This document shows, piece after piece, positions 10,466 to 22,205 of a stretch of 64,000 nt of DNA (its first letter is position 1; each line of letters starts with the position of its first letter). A program made the position numbers and the translations under genes. Under the pieces are notes generated by a model that saw nothing but the letters and a program-made list of their open reading frames with translations, searched no databases and was not told the DNA's origin. The stretch is from contig NC_043006.1 of the NCBI RefSeq assembly GCF_006345805.1, positions 19,902,001 to 19,966,000 of the forward strand, read 5' to 3'. This DNA is from Octopus sinensis (Eukaryota).

Positions 10466-11094
10466 CTAAAAATGTCCAAACTGAACCCTAATGATCCCAG
10501 AAGTTTTGGAGAACATGCAAATGTCACGGCTACAGGCCTTTCCTTCTGACGAAACCACTTTAACTTGGATCTATCATGAGCCCAAGGACAAATAAGACTG
10601 GAGCTTAACCTGCTTTCCAAAGTATATGAGTGTCCAAGATTACATTTCTCCCACCATTGAATGGAATGTCAATCTCTCATGGAGTTACCTTCTCAGCTAT
10701 TGCTGGAAATTATTTACAGCTGAATGAACTGGAACAATGTGAAATGAAGTGTTCTGCTCAAGAAAACAATGTACTACCCAGTCGAGGAATTGAAATCGTA
10801 ATCTTGTAATTATGAGTGCAACACTCTAACCACTGAACCATCAAACAAGAAGAAAAAGAATCTGTATCATTGAATTCTTTTGTTCTACCTTACACCTTAA
10901 ATTAGAATAAGGATCCTTTTTTCATTGAGACCAACCAGCCAACCAACCAGAATCTGATACAAAAAAAAAAGGGCAATTCAAAGGATATTAGTTATCAGCA
11001 GGAAAAATTTTGGCAAAGTGTGAATGACAGCAGGTTAATATTCTGGGTGCAGAGAATTAGAAAAAGTGGTTAATCAGAGGCCAGGATAAGGTGT

Positions 11095-11260
11095 AATAGA
11101 AAAGTGGATGAGATATGGCAGAGGTGAGACACAGCCTAATCAGGGGCCAGCATAAGGTGAGTTAGAACAGTGTGTGAGACACAGTAGAGATGAGACACAG
11201 TAGAGATGAGACACAGCCGGAGTAAGACACAGTAGGGGTGTGATACAACAGGAATGTGTC
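11095..11260. repeat. Degenerate ~15-bp minisatellite
   Basis: Repeated GAG(A/G)TGAGACACAG(T/C) units. Confidence 0.6.
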
Positions 11261-11303
11261 AGGAGTACCTGAGAAGAGCTGGTATGTTTACTTCTAAGGC
11301 TTA

Positions 11304-11608
11304 TCTTTATATATAAAACTGAAGTTGTGTGTGTGACTGTCTACTCCGATTTAGATTCCTAACTACTCCCAAATTTTGCGGTGCAGTTTAACCAAAAGCA
11401 GGTATCTTATAGTCGCGATTCATATCGAGCCCTTCTGGGTATTAGCGTGCATCTATGATGAGTCTAAGATTTTAAAAAAATTTTCCCATAATTTTTCCAC
11501 ATTTTTAATGCATATTTTGCTCAGTTTATATAAGGGAAGTAACTCTCTAAAAATGCTTATATAGTTATTTCCCTTACAAACCCAAGCAATGCCAGGCGAT
11601 ACTGCTAG
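11304..11608 (+). mobile_element. Non-autonomous Helitron
   Basis: A|TC start, CCCAAGCAATGCCAGGCG subterminal motif, CTAG|T end; same family as 40100 and 41852. Confidence 0.85.
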
Positions 11609-11881
11609 TCTTTCATAAGATAGAAAGACATCCACCTGGTGGGGAATATTCTGTGCATTCCCATTTTAATGTGGGATACAATAACTAATAATTAGAACAA
11701 CAATATTCATCACAGAAACAAAGTGTTCAGACCCAGAACCTGGATACAACATTAAGGCAGAAGATCAAGGTAACTGGTACATTGTAATGAAACTGACCAT
11801 TCTCAAACCGATCAGGTACCTCCTCCTCCACAGCTAGGCAGACTGCAGTAATGTAGACTAAAACGACCTTTCTAAACTTAC

Positions 11882-11917
11882 ATTGAAATATCAGTATAAG
11901 ATTTGAACACTTGACCT
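11882..11917 (-). CDS. 36-nt exon of the SAM-domain gene
   Basis: ttttgttctacttgctcag acceptor, gtaagt donor, phase 2-2, (E)GQVFKSYTDIS, in frame with 14792-15134. Confidence 0.65.
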
Positions 11918-12517
11918 CTGAGCAAGTAGAACAAAACCTTTATCTACACACAGAACGCATGACTAATTAAAGACAAGGCTCTCATGCCGAGAGCTAAATC
12001 ATACACCCACATATACAAAAATACACTATGGGCTTCCACATAGCATCTGTCAACCAACTTCCAATCACAAGCCTTTAATTAATCCAAGGCTATGGTAGAA
12101 GATATTTGCCTATGGTGTCATGCAGTAGAATTGAACCTGGAATCAATACAATGAAGTAGTAGCAAGTAGATACAGACAGCATGTGACACTCCAACTACCC
12201 TAACTTATATGAGTAGAGTTTAGTGTCTTGCTCAAGAACACTATACTATGTCAGACACTGGATAGAAATACTTCAGTACTGTAAGTGCTTGAGGACTAAA
12301 GTCTCACCTGTAAACATAAGAAGTATGATGCTATGATATTAATGCCTTTCTCCAAGGAGATGAGAAAGCTAGCAGCAATGTCATTGACCCTTTTGATACC
12401 AACCTGGCTGAAACTGCCTCTAGCTCTGTAGTACAAATGTCTTGTTTTCAAAAGTTCTCAATTAAAATCTTCCACCAAACCTTAGTCATAATTTATGTTC
12501 TTAACTCTAGCTTAACA

Positions 12518-12763
12518 ATGGCTATAGGAGAAGACACTTGCCCAAAGTGCCACGTGGTGGGACTGAACCTAGAACCATGTGGTTGGGAAGCAAACTTCTT
12601 ACTGCAGGAAGAATTTGGTGTGCATGTGAAAATAAAATATCAAAGAAGAAGCAAAAGACTGTACCATTAATCTGTTAATCCTATATAGACTTGACTTAAA
12701 ACTCATTCTTAAATGTCCCTTTTTAGCCTTAATTCCTTCTTTGAATTTTCTTCAACAGATACT
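12518..12763 (+). repeat. Inverted copy of 15130-15547 lacking the 15258-15437 insertion
   Basis: About 8 mismatches over ~245 bp; includes the exon 3' splice site. Confidence 0.93.
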
Positions 12764-12794
12764 ATGGTAATTAAAGGAATATGGTTCCCTCTCT

Positions 12795-12998
12795 CTCGTT
12801 CGGAGAGGCACTGAGCAGCTATACGCACACATACACACACGGCAGTAACTTCCGCCTACCGAATTCAATCACAAAGCTTCGGTCGGCTTGGGGCTATAGT
12901 GGAAGACACCTGGCCAAAGTGCCACGCAGTGGGACTGAACCCGAAACCATGTAGCTAGGAAGCAAGCTCCCTAACCACACGGCCATGCCCGCACCTAC
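12795..12998 (-). mobile_element. SINE-A-related 5' fragment
   Basis: tRNA-like head and GGGACTGAACCCG motif. Confidence 0.7.
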
Positions 12999-13386
12999 AA
13001 AAATGTATGCATATATGCGCAGCGCTATGCACGTGGCAAGTTTTCTACGGCCGGATGCCCTTCCTTATTTTACTAAATTCTTTGTTATATTTAAAATTAA
13101 TTGAAAGAACCACAGAGCATCTCAACAGGAATATGGTAATTAAAGGAATATGGTAATTAAAGGAATATGGTAATTAAAGGAATATGGTAATCAAAGGAAT
13201 ATGGTAATCAAAGGAATATGGTAATTAAAGGAATATGGTAATTAAAGGAATATGGTAATCAAAGGAATATGGTAATTAAAGGAATATGGTAATCAAAGGA
13301 ATATGGTAATCAAAGAATATGGTAATCAAGGAATATGGTAATCAAAGGAATATGGTAATCAAAGGAATATGGTAATTAAAGGAATA

Positions 13387-13658
13387 AGGCGGCGAGCTGG
13401 CAGAATCGTTAGCACGCCGGGCGAAATGCTTAGCGGTATTTCGTCTGTTGTTACGTTCTGAGTTCAAATTCCGCCGAGGTCGACTTTGCCCTTCATCCTT
13501 TCGGGGTCGATAAATTAAGTACCAGTTACGCACTGGGGTCTGGGCATGGACACATTGAAACTCTAACGTCTGGCAGCTGACTTGGCATCGACTTAATACC
13601 TATGTCTGTCCTTGTTTGTCCCCTCTGTGTTTAACCCCTTGTGGGTAATAGAGAAATA
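13387..13658 (+). mobile_element. SINE-B carrying a 48-bp CR1-derived insert
   Basis: Insert 13540-13587 is the reverse complement of 3746-3793. Confidence 0.93.
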
Positions 13659-13946
13659 GGTAATTAAAGGAATATGGTAATCAAAGGAATATGGTAATTA
13701 AAGGAATATGGTAATCAAAGGAATATGGTAATTAAAGGAATATGGTAATCAAAGGAATATGGTAATTAAAGGAATATGGTAATCAAAGGAATATGGTAAT
13801 CAAAGGAATATGGTAATTAAAGGAATATGGTAATCAAAGGAATATGGTAATTAAAGGAATATGGTAATTAAAGGAATATGGTAATTAAAGGAATATGGTA
13901 ATTAAAGGAATATGGTAATCAAAGGAATATGGTAATTAAAGGAATA

Positions 13947-14176
13947 AGGCAGCGAGCTGGCAAAACGTTAGCACGCCGGGCGAAATGCTTAGCGGTATTT
14001 CGTCTGCGTTACATTGTGAGTTCAAATTCCGCCGAGGTCGACTTTGCCCTTCATCCTTTCGGGGTCGATAAATTAAGTACCAGTTACGCACTGGGGTAGA
14101 TGTAATCGACTTAATACCTATGTCTGTCCTTGTTTGTCCCCTCTGTGTTTAGCCCCTTGTGGGTAATAGAGAAATA
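13947..14176 (+). mobile_element. SINE-B without the insert
   Basis: Same register in the array and same 3' variant tail as its neighbours. Confidence 0.93.
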
Positions 14177-14362
14177 GGTAATTAAAGGAATATGGTAATC
14201 AAAGGAATATGGTAATCAAAGGAATATGGTAATTAAAGGAATATGGTAATCAAAGGAATATGGTAATTAAAGGAATATGGTAATCAAAGGAATATGGTAA
14301 TTAAAGGAATATGGTAATTAAAGGAATATGGTAATCAAAGGAATATGGTAATTAAAGGAATA

Positions 14363-14634
14363 AGGCGGCGAGCTGGCAGAATCGTTAGCACGCCGGGCGA
14401 AATGCTTAGCGGTATTTCGTCTGTTGTTACGTTCTGAGTTCAAATTCCGCCGAGGTCGACTTTGCCTTTCATCCTTTCAGGGTCGATAAATTAAGTACCA
14501 GTTACGCACTGGGGTCTGGGCATGGACACATTGAAACTCTAATGTCTGTCAGCTGACTTGGCATCGACTTAATACCTATGTCTGTCCTTGTTTGTCCCCT
14601 CTGTGTTTAGCCCCTTGTGGGTAATAGAGAAATA
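14363..14634 (+). mobile_element. SINE-B carrying a 48-bp CR1-derived insert
   Basis: Near-identical to 13387-13658; insert at 14516-14563. Confidence 0.93.
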
Positions 14635-14791
14635 GGTAATTAAAGGAATATGGTAATCAAAGGAATATGGTAATCAAAGGAATATGGTAATTAAAGGAAT
14701 ATGGTAATCAAAGGAATATGGTAATTAAAGGAATATGGTAATTAAAGGGTTAAGGTCAGAAAGAAACAGAAGAGAAATGCCAATGACTTAC

Positions 14792-15134
14792 TCTGTAGTA
14801 ACTTCTCTTTCGTCGAGTGAGATATGACTTTGATGCATGCAACTGGTATCGTTGTCGTGGTTAGGCCACTCAAGATGCCTGTTGAAGGGTGATGAACATG
14901 ATGAAGATGTCGACATTGCTGATGGCGCATTGGGAGAAGTGGCTTCCACCAAATGCAAGTGTGTGTCCTTTGACTGTGCCACATGTACAGCAGCTAGGTA
15001 CTTCTCCCTCTCGGCATTTGAGGTAAATCTCTTCAAATCATCCTCCTTCACTTGTATTGAGTTGGGATTCAGCAGTTCATAAATAGAGGATAACAATAAT
15101 TCTCGATCTTCCAGAGAAATTTCCTTTAAAGTAT
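14792..15134 (-). CDS. 343-nt exon encoding the SAM domain C-terminal helix and a following region
   Basis: ttttcttctacag acceptor, GA|gtaagt donor, phase 1-2, DTLKEISLEDRELLLSSIYELLNP...EVTTE. Confidence 0.88.
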
Positions 15135-15257
15135 CTGTAGAAGAAAATTCAAAGAAGGAATTAAGGCTAAAAAGGGACATTTAAGAATGAGGTTTAAGTC
15201 AAGTCTATATATGATTAACAGGTTAATGGTACAGTCTTTTGCTTCTTCTTTGATATT

Positions 15258-15437
15258 TTATTTTCGGGTGCTTTTTACGCACGGAGTGGTTGGCGTTAGG
15301 AAGGGCATCCAGCCATAGAAACATTGCCAGATCAGACTGGGCCTGGTGCAGCCTTCTGGCTTCCTAGACCCCAGTTGACCCGTCCAACCCATGCTAGCAT
15401 GGAAAGCGGACACTAAACGATGATGATGATGATGATG
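15258..15437 (+). mobile_element. RTE-related element, 3' part
   Basis: GGTTGGCGTTAGGAAGGGCATCC and (GAT)n tail. Confidence 0.85.
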
Positions 15438-15454
15438 ACATGCACACCAAATTC

Positions 15455-15842
15455 TTCCTGCAGTAAGAAGTTTGCTTCCCAACCACATGGTTCCAGGTTC
15501 AGTCCCACTGTGTGGCACTTTGGGCAAGTGTCTTCTCCTATAGCCATGAGTTGACCAAAACCTTGTGAGTAAATTTGGTAGATAGAAACTGAAAGAAGCC
15601 CATCATATATGTGTGTGTGTGTATTTCTTTGTTTGTATATGTGTTCATCCCCCATCATTGCTTGATGAACAGCATAGGTGTGTTTACATATGTCCCCATA
15701 ACTTGGCAGTTTGGCAAAAGAGACTGACAAAATAAGCACCAGGCCTTACAGAAAATAATAAGTACAGAGGCTGATAAGTTTGACTAAAATTCTTCAAGAC
15801 AGTGTCCCATCATGCCTACACTCTAATGACTGAAACAAGCGA
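15455..15842 (+). mobile_element. SINE-A, degenerate
   Basis: Family match. Confidence 0.85.
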
Positions 15843-16061
15843 ACAATACTATCTTCATACAGCCTGGATCACCAATTTCGCAAACACATTCAGTTGATTC
15901 CGTCAGGATTGCAGTATTTGCACTTACATTAACACTCATCTAAACTCTTTTGATACCAAACTCTTTCGAAACCTTTCCTAGTACTATGTTCAAATCCTTC
16001 AGCATTCAGATTACTCTATCAAATCTAAAGCTTATTTATTCACATTGTTTTGAATTAATCA

Positions 16062-16345
16062 GCGCAGGAGTCACGAGATATGTTTGCGAAAAGATGGAAG
16101 TCTGTAGCGTGCAAGCTGGGTATATCTGGCACCAGGTAAGTGTGGCCGGATCAAGAAGTAAAGGTTCTACCCAGATGGCTGGGATCCGTGCCCTACTGTA
16201 TAATAACAAATTTTTAAAACTTTATATTGTAAATATTATATATATTTCATTGTAAATACCAACGTTTTAAGCTACTACACCCTATATGTTTGTCTGTATT
16301 TGTATGTCCCCTCTATGTAACGCCTTAATGGCAAATCTTTCATGA
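16062..16345 (+). mobile_element. Probable Tx1/L1 LINE extreme 3' end
   Basis: Frame ESRDMFAKRWKSVACKLGISGT resembles the Tx1 ORF2 C-terminus; AT-rich UTR with AATAAA. Confidence 0.5.
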
Positions 16346-16346
16346 A

Positions 16347-16735
16347 ATAAAGTAGCTTGTTTACCAACCACATGGTTCCGGGTTCAGTCCCACTGCGTGG
16401 CATCTTGGGCAAGTGTCTTCTGCTATAGCCCCGGGCCGACCAAAGCCTTGTGAGTGGATTTGGTAGACGGAAACTGAAAGAAGCCCGTCGTATATATGTA
16501 TATATATGTATGTGCGTGTATGTTTGTGTGTCTGTGTTTGTCCCCCTAGCATTGCTTGACAACCGATGCTGGTGTGTTTATGTCCCCGTCACTTGGCAGT
16601 TCGGCAAAGGAGACCGATAGAATAAGTACTGGGCTTACAAAGAATAAGTCCCAGGGTCGATTTGCTCGACTAAAGGCAGTGCTCCAGCATGGCCACAGTC
16701 TAATGACTGAAACAAGTAAAAGAGTAAAAGAGAGT
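16347..16735 (+). mobile_element. SINE-A
   Basis: Family match, head clipped. Confidence 0.9.
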
Positions 16736-16871
16736 ATCTCATAGCTTTGGGATTCTGATGGAGTGAACGTTTATTTTTAGAATGATATTAAAGGGTAGGT
16801 GTGAAAGACCAAATCTAGCCATTTTGAACACAAAACAGATAGAATATTTGGACCAGATGTGTCTGGTTTAA

Positions 16872-17956
16872 CCCTTTCGTTACCAAACCGCCCAAAGCCG
16901 CCCGAAAAAAATTTGGTTAATGTGACCAAACCGCCCAAACCCGCCCGTATTTACCTATTCATATTTAAATGAGAATATCAGAGAAAATCTCTTTAGTACA
17001 TTCGTGAAAACACGTGATTATACTTTGTAAACAGTTCATCTACAGTTTTGTACAACAATCGAAGTGTAATTTTAATTCCCTGAATTTTGGGAGATTTTTT
17101 TCCGAAATTTGTTCCTATTGTGTTTTCAAAATTTGTAATTCTGACAAAATATGGATACGAATTTCATTATATCAAGCAGCGAGTCAGAATTCGAAGGATT
17201 TTCTACTGAAGACCTTGATAAATCTAACTCTATGACTGAAAAAAAAAAGCATGTGGTATTTGATAATGAATCTGATGTTTCATTTTCCAAAAGTGAAAAC
17301 AGTGAATCCGACAGCTGCGACAGCGATAAAGAAAATGAATTGGCACCTGAATGGAGTGAAAATTTAAAACTGTTTCTTTCGGTGATTTTTCTGAAGAAAC
17401 TGGACCAAGCCACAGACTTTCCCAGGAGAGTAAAGCCTTAGACTATTTCTTTTTACTTTTTCGAATGAGCCTATTTGAAATCATTACGGCGGAAACGAAC
17501 CGTTATGCTAAATGTAAACAAAGCGAAAGAAAGGATAGTTAGTGGTTTCCCACAACCTTAAATGAAATTAAGACTATTTTGCCATAAATATTATTATGGG
17601 TATCAGAAAGTTGCCCAGAATAACAAATTCTATCGTAAAATTTTGTTGTATACCCAATTGAATATTAGCTAATAACCCATTTTCTATAGCGATGTTTGAA
17701 CAAAATTTTAATAATTTTATATTTTGTTGAATTTACCTGTATCTACCTGCAATTAGAGTCACTTTGTGACAAAAATTATAGTATAGAATTGGTTGAGAAC
17801 ATTTCATTAAATTATCTTCCAAAAATCATGTTAATATATTGATAAATAAAAAAGTTATAGTTGTTTAATGAAACCAGACTAAATTTATGATTATGTTAGA
17901 AATTAATTGAAACACATAAGGGGTGTATTTTGGCCAGAAATATAGTAACGAAAGGG
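16872..17956 (+). mobile_element. Internally deleted piggyBac DNA transposon
   Basis: TTAA|CCCTTTCGTTAC...GTAACGAAAGGG|TTAA; frameshifted acidic N-terminus from 17151 then ETNRYA..WFPTT..EIK..IIMGIRKLP (PGBD-like). Confidence 0.92.
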
Positions 17957-18069
17957 TTAAATGCTAAAGGGTTAAAGGGATCTAAATGAAAACCTATCAA
18001 AATTTCATGTCAAATTCCCAAACTAGCTTAATAACAACAAAGTTGTTTTGCTAAATTCTTCATTATTTT

Positions 18070-19005
18070 TGTAGACGCTGCTGTGGAAGTTTCAGCACGC
18101 ATGCATAGAGTCGGATTACTTCCGGTAGGCCGCCAGAAGTTCCCTTATGTGCATGCGCAGGAACTGCAACCTGAAAGTGTCTCTGCTAAGTCTGCCTTTT
18201 TGGGAGAGCAGCCCTAACAAACGGACGTGACTAAAACTTCTCTCAGGGAAAACCCTATGCATAGAGAAACTATCTTCGAAGCGGGAACGGAAACCGTATC
18301 TTCTTGGCTCACCCGAGTGAACATTTGTAAACAGTCCTGTGGACTTGGCTGCCGGTTCGCCCTTAAGAAATATATATATGTAGTGACGTCATATTCCAGT
18401 GTGCGCACACGCAACGTCATTCTTCATTGTGCGTGTGCGGAACGTCCTTCTTCAGTGTGCGTGTGCAGGGTTGGAACCTTCTGGAAAGGCATAAGGAAGT
18501 TCCCTCATGCACATGCGCTAGAGACTGAAGAAGAAATTCTATAGCGTTCCTTAATAGCATCGGGGACTTGAGACACGGCGATAGAAGAGAAAGGACGTAT
18601 TTTCATACGTGTGATCAGCTTATTCTCCTGTCCCAGACGCTTAGGATTTAACCTGTTCTATTAATGCTGAATTGTTGTAAGAATGGATACCAGTATACCA
18701 TCGTGTTTCATTGTTGAATAAGAGAATAAAGAATTGTTTTTAAACTTGCGTTTCGTTCCTGACTGGTAGTTTCTAGAAACAAAAAGAAAGGAAATGTGTT
18801 GCACCCAAGTTGCACCCCAAAAGTGTAAAGAAGCAACCAGTTCCCTTTACATTTATGTATATATTTTACCTGTGAACCCGAAGAATAAAGTGTTATTTAT
18901 TGTTATCGAAGACAGCCAGCTTTTTGGTTCCTTTTCTTCGACTTGTATGTGACAAGATAAGACCAGACACCCCTCAAGTGTTCCTGAAACTCTAATCTTG
19001 TTACA
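18070..19005 (+). mobile_element. Solo LTR (936 bp)
   Basis: TGTAG...TTACA termini, TTTT flanks, TATA-like tract, AATAAA signals, no internal coding region; splits a MITE-P2-like remnant. Confidence 0.75.
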
Positions 19006-19052
19006 TTTTTGAAACTAATTGAAAAGTAGTGGTGCCACTTATTAGAAGTATA

Positions 19053-19285
19053 TATTTCTTTACTACCCACAAGGGGCTAAACACAGAGGGGACAAACAAG
19101 GACAGACAAACGGATTAAGTCGATTACATCGACCTCAGTGCGTAACTGGTACTTAATTTATCGACCCCGAAAGGATGAAAGGCAAAGTCGACCTCGACGG
19201 AATTTGAACTCAGAACGTAACGGCAGACAAAATACGGCTACGCATTTCGCCCGGCGTGCTAACGTTTCTGCCAGCACGCCGCCTT
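19053..19285 (-). mobile_element. SINE-B
   Basis: Full-length; ACTTATTAGAA on both flanks. Confidence 0.93.
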
Positions 19286-19597
19286 ACTTATTAGAAATAT
19301 AGTAATGACAGAGTAAGCAAACTGGTAATTGTCCAAAAATATACAAACTAACTTTCCAGGCTCTCTGAACTGTTAAGCACGTTTGTATATGCACGAGGCA
19401 GAAAAACTGGCAGAATCATAAGAGCGCCAGACAGAATATATCTTGTAGTATTTTTACTCTCATTCTCTGTACTCTGGGTTCAAATTATCATTCAAGGCAA
19501 CCTTGTCTCAATGGAAAGCTTGGAAAAGTGGACTTTAAAGAATGATGATGATGATGATGATACACACACACAAAAAAATATATACATTTAAAAGAGG

Positions 19598-19725
19598 GGA
19601 GAGGAGGAGGAGGAGGAGGAGGAGGAGAAAGAAGAAGAATGAGGAGGAGGAGGAGGAGGAGGAGGAGAGGAGGAGGAGGAGAAGAAGAAGAAGAAGAAGA
19701 AGAAGAAGAGAAGAAGAAGAAGAAG
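19598..19725. repeat. (GGA)n/(GAA)n compound microsatellite
   Basis: Direct reading. Confidence 0.95.
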
Positions 19726-19789
19726 AGACATATTAAAATGTCTGGTGTCAAAAAAGTCAACATCAAATCAGCATTGCCAAATAGATGGC

Positions 19790-21905
19790 ACTAAGAAATC
19801 TGTAACAAAACACCTCATACCATATAGAAGAAAAACACAGAGAGCTCCATTTTGCATCCGGCTGCAATCATCAGCTGATTTCCATGCTTCGCTGAGATTT
19901 CAACCCATTATGCTCAGTATCTCTCCACACGGTGGGCCTGCAACAGCTGGACATATTATTGTATTGCAACCGGACTCATGCCAGTTCTGTGGTCTGATAC
20001 GCTTTCACAAACCTCCTGGTAATCCAAGTACTACCCTCAACTGCTTTCTCCTAATATTCCTTGATGATGCTCCTCGCAGCAAATGCACCAGCCACCTTCA
20101 GAAACCTTCTGAGAGAAGCTGCTGGGAAACCCCTGCAGCCAGCCTTGAAAACAACCAGCTCACAGATGTAACTCTTCTCCCGAATCTCTGATACCAGCTC
20201 TTCATAGCCCAACAGCTTCCGCTCATGGGCCTCAGCAATGTTCTCCTCCCATGGCGCAGTCAGCTCCCCAAGGACCACATGTCTCTGACCCTCATCTACC
20301 AAAACAAGGTCGGGTCGGAGTGCTGACACCATGATACTTTCAGGCAATGGCTTGTCCATAAATACCTCCCATTTTCTGTCTTCGACCTGTTGAGGTTTCT
20401 GTCGCTTTGACATCACATTTTGCTTCATAAATGCTGTCTTGCACAAGCTCAGTTCAGGCACTCAGCTCTCTCTTGCAGCTGAAGCAACAATGTGTAGCAC
20501 TAAATTATGTCTAAGACTGGAGTGCTTTTGAGCAAGCTGACAGCATGTGTTTGAGGCTGCCATACTTCCCGCACAAGTGGCACTGTGGACTCTCTTGGAT
20601 ACCCCATTGTTTTTAGATTTTCTGGAGACGGATGCACATCATATGCAGTCTGGATCAGAGCTTTCAAATGCCCTGCAATCAACCACCACCAAGCAGACCA
20701 CTTCAACTCCAGCTTTTCAACATCATTCCAATTCAGCCTCTGACGCTGCTGTGCTTGTTGCACTGCGTGACCCTGGCACCTCTCAACTTCCAGCTGCCTT
20801 ACTTGTTGTTCACGTAACTTCTGCTGTTCTTGTTCACTTGACTCAGACCAAAACCGCTCTCTCATGACAAGTCCCACGCCAGCCCTGCCATCTATAATCA
20901 CTCCACGCACTTCAGCATGCTGGGCCATCTCATCAAGCTACTGCATCGCTTCACTGACCATCCACTTTCTACCAGTGTTCAAATCTGGTGGGTTGTCGTG
21001 GATCACAGTGTCCCTCGACTCAGACAGCATTGATTGCAGACGCACCTTGGAGACCTTGTACTCCTCCACTAGTGACGTCAGGGGCAACTGGAGCATACCC
21101 TGGTTGCCATAAAGGGTGACATATGAAAGGCACTTCAAAAGGCCAAGCCACTTCCTTACCATTTTATTGATCTTCCATTCAATTGTCTCAATCCTCATTA
21201 GAGAAATTTCATACACAATTATGGGTCACAGCAACCTTGGAAGCAACCCAAAATGCATGCACCACACCTTGAACTTCCCAGGCAAACTAATTTGATCAAT
21301 GCTCTTTAACCCTGTCTCTGCCTGCTTCTGCAGTTCAACACCACAATGCTTATCTGTGAGGAGAAAACTGTACCATCATCCCAGACTTTTGACACTTTGC
21401 TGACAAACAGTTGGTATTTGCTCTCCACTGATGCTGAAAAACAAATTTATGAGTGATCCACCCTTCAGTGAAATGTTTAAAGAGCATCCGACTCCAGCAG
21501 ATCAGTTCAGACAATCTATTCAACATGTCTCTGGCAACGTTGATATTCTCCTGCACAATGGTGAGATCATCCATGAACGCCCTCAGTTTTACTCCTCCTC
21601 AGTTGAACCTGCGCTCAGGCTTTAAGCCCCTCAGTATGATCCCCATGACCATCACAAAAAGGATTGGGGAGATGGCACAACCCATTGCAATCCCCTTTTG
21701 TAGATCAATGTATTCAGTGGTGTACTTTGCAGTAGAGAACCGAAACATGAACTGGTCAAAGTATAATGATAGAATGCTTCGGAGTTTCTGGGGCACAGAG
21801 AACTTCAGGGCTACCTGTATCATGTTATGAAGCACAGAACCATATACATTTGCTAAGTACAGCCATACAACATGCAGCTCCTTACGCAATGCTTTATTCT
21901 CTTTG
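19790..21905 (-). mobile_element. RLE-bearing non-LTR retrotransposon, HERO/NeSL-like, 5'-truncated and degenerate
   Basis: RT motifs QKGIAMGCAISPILF and MDDLT; TGRKW; RLE motif LRPDLVL..GELTAPWEENIAEAHERK..GCRGF. Confidence 0.92.
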
Positions 21906-22205
21906 ATCTTAGCCCAAATCATATACATATGTATGTATACACACACACACACATGCATACATATATATGTATGTATACACACACACACACACGCATACAT
22001 ATATATGTATGCATACATATAAATATATGAACTCACACATACGCATGCACTATGAGCTCCCATACACTTTCTGTTTATGAAATTTCCTTCACATTGTACT
22101 ATTAAACCCCAAGATGCATTGGGGGATTCGAGAAGACCTGACCACCACCACAGAATTGAGGTTCCACATGAAAAGCACTGGTGCTGATGTCATGTAGAAA
22201 GCACT

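Larger units (their letters stand above)
13128..14745. repeat. 17-bp minisatellite AAAGGAATATGGTAAT(T/C) in four blocks
   Basis: Roughly 45-50 units at 13128-13386, 13659-13946, 14177-14362 and 14635-14745. Confidence 0.97.
12388..14749. mobile_element. MITE-P2 (piggyBac-type), expanded into a composite
   Basis: TTGA|CCCTTTTGATACC start, body resumes near 13066, AAAGGG|TTAA end; interrupted by an inverted copy, SINEs and the 17-bp array. Confidence 0.75.
15994..17971. mobile_element. MITE-P1 hosting nested insertions
   Basis: Body split across 15994-16060, 16738-16871 and 17957-17971; ends CTAAAGGG|TTAA. Confidence 0.7.

Noticed and set aside
10540-10595. SDETTLTWIYHEPKDK resembling a mariner DETW motif
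   Set aside because: Too short, no TIRs or other transposase motifs nearby
13128-14745. CRISPR-like look of repeats alternating with longer segments
   Set aside because: Repeats are head-to-tail without unique spacers, the intervening segments are SINE copies, the context is eukaryotic and there are no cas genes
14837-15082. Plus-strand 81-aa ORF
   Set aside because: Antisense shadow of the minus-strand exon, which has the splice sites and SAM continuity
16275-16744. Recurrent MSSNARGT.., MLGGQTQ.. and MTTDAGV.. ORFs
   Set aside because: Incidental frames of SINE-A, repeated at every copy
19860-19925. GAAA...CTGATGA on the minus strand in the HERO-like 3' UTR
   Set aside because: No stem I or stem III pairing can be built around a UH site
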